Source of the DNA: Candidatus Latescibacterota bacterium | Lineage (GTDB): Bacteria > Latescibacterota > UBA2968 > UBA8231 | Direction of reading: 5' to 3' | DNA: 64,000 nucleotides | NCBI GenBank assembly: GCA_965203175.1 | Contig: OZ241867.1 | Span: forward strand, 1,280,001 to 1,344,000 | Part shown: positions 58,569 through 64,000 of the stretch, piece by piece | How the letters are laid out: each line of letters begins with the position of its first letter | Position numbering within the stretch: position 1 is the first letter of the stretch | The notes under the pieces: model-generated | The model's input: the letters and a program-made list of their open reading frames with translations, nothing else | What the model was told of the DNA's origin: nothing | Database searches by the model: none | Program-made: the position numbers and the translations under genes

Positions 58569-60076
58569 GGCGCTCCAACGATTTTGTCGGCATCGATCTG
58601 GGGCGGCACGGGATAGTGCAGGCCGCGTTGACCGGAGAGGTTGCGGTTGGGACGGGGTGCCCATTGCTGATCGGGCAAGCCGACGAGTTGATTGTCTTTG
58701 ACCCAGGCTTCATCGCCGCCGTAGAGTTCGCCGACGAGGCGTTCGCTGAGTTGGGCTTGGATTGCGGCGTGGTCGGGTGAACCCGCTAGGTCGTTCAGCT
58801 CGATGGGATCGCTTGCGACCGCAATTCTGCGGTCGGACTGCCCGAGGTCGAAGAGCTGGACGCGGTTGCCGACGGGATAGTAGATCAGCTTGTGCCGCCC
58901 CGCGTGGATCATGCGGGTGGCAGTCGCCCCTTCGCCGCATTCGCCGTAGAGATAACTGCGCCGTTCCTCGCCGACCATGGATAGGCCCTCGACTGTGTCG
59001 GGGATGTCGATGCTCGCCAGATCGAGCAGAGTCGGCATGACGTCCTGCCAGCCGACGAGGCGGTCGTCGACAGTATGGTGCGGCACTCGTCCGTCTCCAC
59101 CTCCGAGCAAGATCATCGGCACGTTGGCCGACTGCTCGTAGTAGAGCCGCTTGGCCCAGAGGCCGTGATTACCGAGCATATCGCCGTGGTCCGCGGTGAA
59201 GCAAATAATGGTATTGTCGAGCAGTCCCTCCTCGCGCAGGGTGCCGATGATCACGCGTAGTTGGTGGTCAATCTGAGTGCAGAGCGCGTAGAAGGCGCGG
59301 CGAATGCGCAGAACCTCCGGCCCCTTGAGGTGGGCGTTGGCTCCCTGAATGACTTTGAGCGCATAGGGCAGATTGTCGAAGGCGCGTGCCCAAGCGCCGT
59401 GGTGCGGCGCGTCGATGTCGATGTCGCGGTAGAGGTCGAGATAGCTTTGCAAGGGCACTAGCGGCGGATGCGGATGGCGGAAGGACAGGTACCAGAAGCC
59501 GGGCTTGGCTGGGTTGCGCCGCTTAATCATCCGGCTCATCTGGCGCACTGCCCAAGTGGTGGGGTGGCAGTCCTCGGGCAAGTGCCAGGGACGGAAGGAG
59601 TATTCGTTGTTGCTCATGCCGTGGGCAAACCTCGTGCCAGTATGGCCTTTGTCTGCGAGGAAGAGATCGTAGTCGTCAACCGCTCCCAAGTGCGGTCGGC
59701 CTTCTTCGTCGAGGAGCACGTCGTCGAAACCGATGCGGTCGCGCTGGGGATAGACGTGGAGCTTGCCGACGGCATATGCTTGGTAGCCTGCGTCGCGGAA
59801 GGTCTGCGCCACGGTCGGCAGCTCGGGCATAGGGGCGGTCGTTTTGAAGACCCGGTCGCCGTGGGTGCGCGGCGAAGTCCCCGTCATCAGGGTGCGACGA
59901 GCGGGGATGCAGACCGGGCATTCGCTATAGGCGTTGGAGAAGCGAGTGCCGCTGCGGGCTAAGGAGTCGAGGGTGGGGGTGAGAATGGCGGAATGGTTGG
60001 CTTCGCCCAAGAGGGAAGCGGACCAATGGTCGGTGGTAATCAGGAGGACGTGCGGTCTGTCGTTTGCCATCGGCAT
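58565..60076 (-). CDS. Sulfatase carrying a 9-aa palindrome-derived insertion
   Basis: TTDH, CIPARRTLMTG, GKLH, PHPP, ADHG; LFDL[GQSDRRIAV]ASDPIEL. Confidence 0.92.
   Translation of the reverse strand: MPMANDRPHVLLITTDHWSASLLGEANHSAILTPTLDSLARSGTRFSNAYSECPVCIPARRTLMTGTSPRTHGDRVFKTTAPMPELPTVAQTFRDAGYQAYAVGKLHVYPQRDRIGFDDVLLDEEGRPHLGAVDDYDLFLADKGHTGTRFAHGMSNNEYSFRPWHLPEDCHPTTWAVRQMSRMIKRRNPAKPGFWYLSFRHPHPPLVPLQSYLDLYRDIDIDAPHHGAWARAFDNLPYALKVIQGANAHLKGPEVLRIRRAFYALCTQIDHQLRVIIGTLREEGLLDNTIICFTADHGDMLGNHGLWAKRLYYEQSANVPMILLGGGDGRVPHHTVDDRLVGWQDVMPTLLDLASIDIPDTVEGLSMVGEERRSYLYGECGEGATATRMIHAGRHKLIYYPVGNRVQLFDLGQSDRRIAVASDPIELNDLAGSPDHAAIQAQLSERLVGELYGGDEAWVKDNQLVGLPDQQWAPRPNRNLSGQRGLHYPVPPQIDADKIVGAP
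58815..58841 (-). repeat. 27-bp REP-like palindromic element, copy 2 (in-frame in the sulfatase)
   Basis: GCGACCGCAATTCTGCGGTCGGACTGC on +; 26/27 identical to 10421-10447. Confidence 0.82.
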
Positions 60077-60190
60077 CTCTCGTGTGTAGCAAAGACCAGA
60101 CCCGTCAGATGCGCGGACAGTGGGCCTAGCCTGCGCGTTAATTTGCTTGCCTAAAGGCGCGGTGAAGTCCGTAGATCTGCGCTACGCGAC

Positions 60191-61051
60191 TCAGGCCACC
60201 TCGTAGTCGCGCTCGGGCCGACTCGGGTTGCCCCAGTGGTCAGCCGGGTCGGCGGCGTTGATCAGCACGCCTTCCTTTTCCCAAGAGTAGCCGGGAATTG
60301 CGCGCACATCGGGAGTGCAGTAGCGCAGCGTTAGCCCACAGCGCCGGCGATCCGATTCGTTGTAGTGCGAGCTGTGCAAAAGCAGGTCGGAGTGGATCGA
60401 GACTTCGCCGGCCTTGAGCTCGACATCGATGATTTTGCCGTAGCGCTCAACATCTTCCACCGTCTGATCGAGGACGTTGTTTTCCGAGGTGTCGCTCGGG
60501 CGGAATTCGAGCTGGCCGTGGTGATGCGAGCCCGCGACGAAGCGCATGCAGCCGTTGTCGATGTCAGCGTCGTCAATAGCCAGCCAGACGGTCGCCGTCT
60601 TGGAGGGAGTCAGCGGCCAGTAGCTAGCATCTTGGTGCCAGGAGATGGTAGTGCCGTCCTTGGGCATCTTGCAGAAGTAGTGCGAGGCTAGGCCGATTAG
60701 TTCGGGACCGAGGAGATCGTGGATGTAGGCGAGGATCTTGGGATGGTGCATGAGGTCATAGACCTTGGCGAACTTGAGATGCGCCGAGCTGAGGGTGAAG
60801 CTACCATAGCCGGCGGCCATGACCTTTCTCAGTTGCTCGTCGAAGAAGACCCGGTGCTCGGCAATCTCGGCGTCGTCAAAGATGCGAAGGCCCTTGAGGT
60901 AGCCGTCTCGGTTGAAAGCGGCAACCTGTTCGGTAGTGAGGGTGGTAGGGTCATCGACTGTGCTGGGGTAGAAGCGCAAGTCGCGGTCCATTTCGCGCAG
61001 TTCGTCGTGGGTCGGCGCGGCCTTGAAGGTGTGATCAATTTGGTTCGTCAT
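60191..61051 (-). CDS. Phytanoyl-CoA dioxygenase (PhyH) family protein
   Basis: HYFCKMP..WHQDASYW, WLAIDDA...NGCM, H.S..N.S.RRRCG. Confidence 0.92.
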   Translation of the reverse strand: MTNQIDHTFKAAPTHDELREMDRDLRFYPSTVDDPTTLTTEQVAAFNRDGYLKGLRIFDDAEIAEHRVFFDEQLRKVMAAGYGSFTLSSAHLKFAKVYDLMHHPKILAYIHDLLGPELIGLASHYFCKMPKDGTTISWHQDASYWPLTPSKTATVWLAIDDADIDNGCMRFVAGSHHHGQLEFRPSDTSENNVLDQTVEDVERYGKIIDVELKAGEVSIHSDLLLHSSHYNESDRRRCGLTLRYCTPDVRAIPGYSWEKEGVLINAADPADHWGNPSRPERDYEVA

Positions 61052-61172
61052 GGCGTCATTCTCCTAACAGATAGGTTCGCAAATAAAACGCAATTTGCTC
61101 CTTGTCTCAAGGGCGAGGGCTAGTCGGTGTAGCAGAATCCGCTGGTGATCTCGACGAGGTCTGTCGATCTGT

Positions 61173-62168
61173 TCATCGGCCCATCAATTCCTCATAGACC
61201 CCGCCCGTTTTGGCTTGGATATTTTCGCCGCCAAAGGGATAGAGAAACCCCCAGAACAGAGCGCCGACCAACATCAAACCGAGGTAGAACAGCAAGATGC
61301 GGCGGCCCCAGACTGCCCCAAGCATGGTCAGGGTGGAGAACTTGGTGGCCGGTCCAGCAATGAAAAAGCCCAAAGCCGCCCCCGGACTCATCCCCATCTG
61401 CATCATGCTCTCGACAATGGGAATGCTGCCGCCGCCGCAGGCGTAGAGCGGCACCCCCAGAGCCACAGCCACGGGCACGGCCCAGACGCTGCCGGGGCCG
61501 ACCAGCGCCAACACCAACTCTTGGGACAGGAAGGTCTTTACCAAAGCGGCGATGAAGATCCCCAAGCCGAAGAATTTGGCGATGAAGAGCAGATCGGCGC
61601 GAAAGCGCTGTGCCAGTATTCTGGCTTCAGACCGCCCGTCCGTCTTGGCCGGAGCGTGCTCCGCAGGGACTGCTGTACGGACGGCAAACGTTAGGCGGCG
61701 CAGAGCGGACTGGACTGCGAAACCGGCTAGCAGTCCGACGCTGGCCGCTGTGACCAGCCGGGCTACGGCCATTTCCATACTTATGGTGCCAGCGGTGTAC
61801 ACGAACAGGGCGGGGTTCATCAGTGGCGAGGCCACGACAAAGGCCACCAAAGGTGCGACCGGTACGCCCATATTTATCAGGCGGCCAGCCACGGGAATGG
61901 CGGCAAAGGTGCACAGGGGCGAGATCAGGGCCAGCAGGGTGGATGCCACAATGGAGCCGTTGGCCCGCTGCTGGAGCGTGCGGCGGATCCGAGTCTTAGG
62001 CAAGTAGCGCCAAGCTAGGGTGCTGAGCAGGGCACCGAGCACCACAAAGTACCAGAGCTGGGCCGCCAAATCCCAGAAATTTGCCAAGACGCGCAGCGTA
62101 TAGGTATTCCGCAGATAGTGCTCTGCAATGCTAGCGGCCTGCCAGAGCGGGTGGTAAAGGGTTTGCAT
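61173..62168 (-). CDS. DUF318/ArsP-like permease
   Basis: SPLCT...IP, F++ASPLMNP, LGVPLYAC..G.IP, G.A+.F++AGPAT. Confidence 0.85.
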   Translation of the reverse strand: MQTLYHPLWQAASIAEHYLRNTYTLRVLANFWDLAAQLWYFVVLGALLSTLAWRYLPKTRIRRTLQQRANGSIVASTLLALISPLCTFAAIPVAGRLINMGVPVAPLVAFVVASPLMNPALFVYTAGTISMEMAVARLVTAASVGLLAGFAVQSALRRLTFAVRTAVPAEHAPAKTDGRSEARILAQRFRADLLFIAKFFGLGIFIAALVKTFLSQELVLALVGPGSVWAVPVAVALGVPLYACGGGSIPIVESMMQMGMSPGAALGFFIAGPATKFSTLTMLGAVWGRRILLFYLGLMLVGALFWGFLYPFGGENIQAKTGGVYEELMGR

Positions 62169-62192
62169 CTGAAGGACGCGGTGAAGCCACGC

Positions 62193-64000
62193 TCAACGGA
62201 CCAGGGTCATGGGTCGGATCTTGCGCAGATCGCGAGCTTTGAGGACGGCAAAGTAGATTCCGCTAGCCACGTTGAAGCCCGAGGCATTGCGCGCGTCCCA
62301 CATCACCTCGTGATAGCCCGAGGTGACGTCCCCTTCCACCAAGGTGCAGATCCACTGGCCCGCCGCATTGTAGATATCCAGCTTAGCAGGTCCTGCTTGG
62401 GGCAGGGCAAAGCGGATGCGGGTGATGGGATTGAATGGATTCGGATAGTTTTCCAGCAGCGCTGGTGCTTCTGGTAAAGGCTGGCTGGCCGCGGACTCTT
62501 CTACGGCCGTGGGAATCTCGCCCGGCAGCAGGAATTCGATGCCGGGCAGGCGGTCCCCGTCTTGATCCACCACGTGTGCGGCCAGCATGGTGTTCCCGGC
62601 CGAGTTGCCGATTTTGAAGAGTAATCTGTTTTCTCCCTGCACTAGGCGAATCGGAACCTTCTGGTCGGCCAGTTGAAAATTGCGCCGAGCGACGTTCTCA
62701 TAGACTACATCGCCATTCAGCCAGACCTTGGCGTAGTCGCCATAGCCGAGCCACAGGAAGCCTTCCTGCGCCTGCGGTGTATGCACTAGAGTGAAGGCGT
62801 AGTTGGCGATGTTCTGATCCTTTCCATTGAGGTCGCCCAGTGGCAAAATTTCAGCGGTGTAACCAAGGTGCTCCACCTGCGTCCACACCACATCGCCAGC
62901 CGGTTCGCCCTCTCGGGGATATAGCTGGGCTTCGTTGGGCAGAGGCTCGGAGCCGATATCGCTGCTGTTGGGGAACGGACCGGCGACGAGCCAGCGCCGG
63001 ATGCCGCGCCCGTAGAACGCGCCACTGCGACCGCCACCACGAGATTTGACGAAGTTGCGCTGTACGCTGTCGGGCGCACGTCCCTCCACTTGGATTCGGT
63101 TTAGATCGAAAGTGCCAAAGCCCTTGGCCGCTGCTAGGTAGAGATGTTCCAAGTCGAGTGGATTGAAGCCCATGACCACGTTGGCCACGGCCTCGGTGGC
63201 GAGGGGATCGCCGCCGGCTACCACCACATTGTGCTGGACGTTCTGCCCCCACTGCGGCCCATCGCCTTCGGTGCCCCAGAATCCCTCGATGACGGTATAG
63301 GCCGCCGGGTTGTAGGAGAACAGGTCCACGTACCCGTGCTCGGGGTTGTTTTGGTAGTGCTGGCGCTTGGAGGTGCCATCGCCGTAGGCTTCCGAGGCTA
63401 GGGTGCCGACGTAATTCTTGATGCCTAGGGTGGTGCCGTAGATCGTGGTCTTCATGGCGGCGATGGAAATTACTTTATCGGCGTCTAGGATCGGTTCGGG
63501 CATGAAGTAACCGTCCTTGCGGAAGCTGCCGGTGCCCTCTACGTGGAAGCCGAACTGGGCACCTGGATATCGCAGACGGGTCACTCCCAAGCGCTGAATG
63601 GGTCCGCCCGGAACCGGCTCAAGGCGGAAGGGGGCGTAGTTGAGGTCAGAGGTGTCCACCACGGTGGAGACTCCCGTGGCGGCGAACTCTTCTAGCATCT
63701 TGATGTACGAGAGATCGCCGAATTCGGGATAGGTCGCGGACCAGCCGTCTTCTTCTGCATTGGAGGGAAAGCCAGGCTCTCCTTTGCGGGGCGATTCGGC
63801 CCCGCCCTCGGCAATGGTGATGCGCCGCGGCCCCACCTGCTCAGTGAGGTAGTTAATCACGCTCTTTACCACCCGCAAATCCGTGATCTGGCCGGGGTGT
63901 TCAATGCCATTGTGGTAGTATGCCGAGGAGGGATTTCCCCTGTTGGTCACAATGTTGACTTTGACGACGACCCAGTCGCTTGGCTCGACGACGGCGCGGA
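62193..64000 (-). CDS. DUF362-domain protein with FlgD-Ig/T9SS type-A-like C-terminal domain (5' end beyond the window)
   Basis: Frame open to the edge (..WVVVKVNIV..); ITD.RVV, IAEG, D..IS+..+K, TLG+KN, G.GP..G, DP+A; C-terminus LENYPNPFNP.T.I.F..IYN..GQ..WD.R..SGIY..MTLVR. Confidence 0.8.
   Translation of the reverse strand, partial: RAVVEPSDWVVVKVNIVTNRGNPSSAYYHNGIEHPGQITDLRVVKSVINYLTEQVGPRRITIAEGGAESPRKGEPGFPSNAEEDGWSATYPEFGDLSYIKMLEEFAATGVSTVVDTSDLNYAPFRLEPVPGGPIQRLGVTRLRYPGAQFGFHVEGTGSFRKDGYFMPEPILDADKVISIAAMKTTIYGTTLGIKNYVGTLASEAYGDGTSKRQHYQNNPEHGYVDLFSYNPAAYTVIEGFWGTEGDGPQWGQNVQHNVVVAGGDPLATEAVANVVMGFNPLDLEHLYLAAAKGFGTFDLNRIQVEGRAPDSVQRNFVKSRGGGRSGAFYGRGIRRWLVAGPFPNSSDIGSEPLPNEAQLYPREGEPAGDVVWTQVEHLGYTAEILPLGDLNGKDQNIANYAFTLVHTPQAQEGFLWLGYGDYAKVWLNGDVVYENVARRNFQLADQKVPIRLVQGENRLLFKIGNSAGNTMLAAHVVDQDGDRLPGIEFLLPGEIPTAVEESAASQPLPEAPALLENYPNPFNPITRIRFALPQAGPAKLDIYNAAGQWICTLVEGDVTSGYHEVMWDARNASGFNVASGIYFAVLKARDLRKIRPMTLVR

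Overview
GC-rich bacterial window. The FlgD-Ig/T9SS-like C-terminal domains, a 'TAVE..TWGRIK' tail, PhyH dioxygenases, sulfatases and Gfo/Idh/MocA enzymes suggest a Latescibacterota/Gemmatimonadota-like organism (inference). It starts with tRNA-Sec(UCA) at 225-323, followed by ~43 kb of accessory DNA. That stretch holds tandem GH123-like paralogues, a 7-heme cytochrome c/CBM9-like/TPR/CRTAC1 cluster and a decaying integron (truncated intI, attI, four cassettes with defence-like genes, the first disrupted by a complete 1231-bp IS3-family element). It also holds a broken DUF433/DUF5615 TA pair, a GH5 gene and a DUF6785 transporter-glycosidase cluster. The most striking locus is a five-gene minus-strand operon (24698-34714): a CBM9-like protein, two discoidin/Ig/FlgD paralogues, a predicted Ca-motif-rich outer-membrane protein and a SurA-like lipoprotein chaperone. 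It looks like an uncharacterised cell-surface assembly or uptake system, and two more members of the discoidin/Ig/FlgD family lie elsewhere in the window. A 27-bp REP-like palindrome occurs twice plus a half copy, once as an in-frame 9-codon insertion in a sulfatase. From ~43 kb onward the genes are mostly housekeeping or metabolic (gap, DtxR/MntR, ogt, MscS, rnd, sulfatases). All family assignments come from motif recognition by eye; no searches were run.
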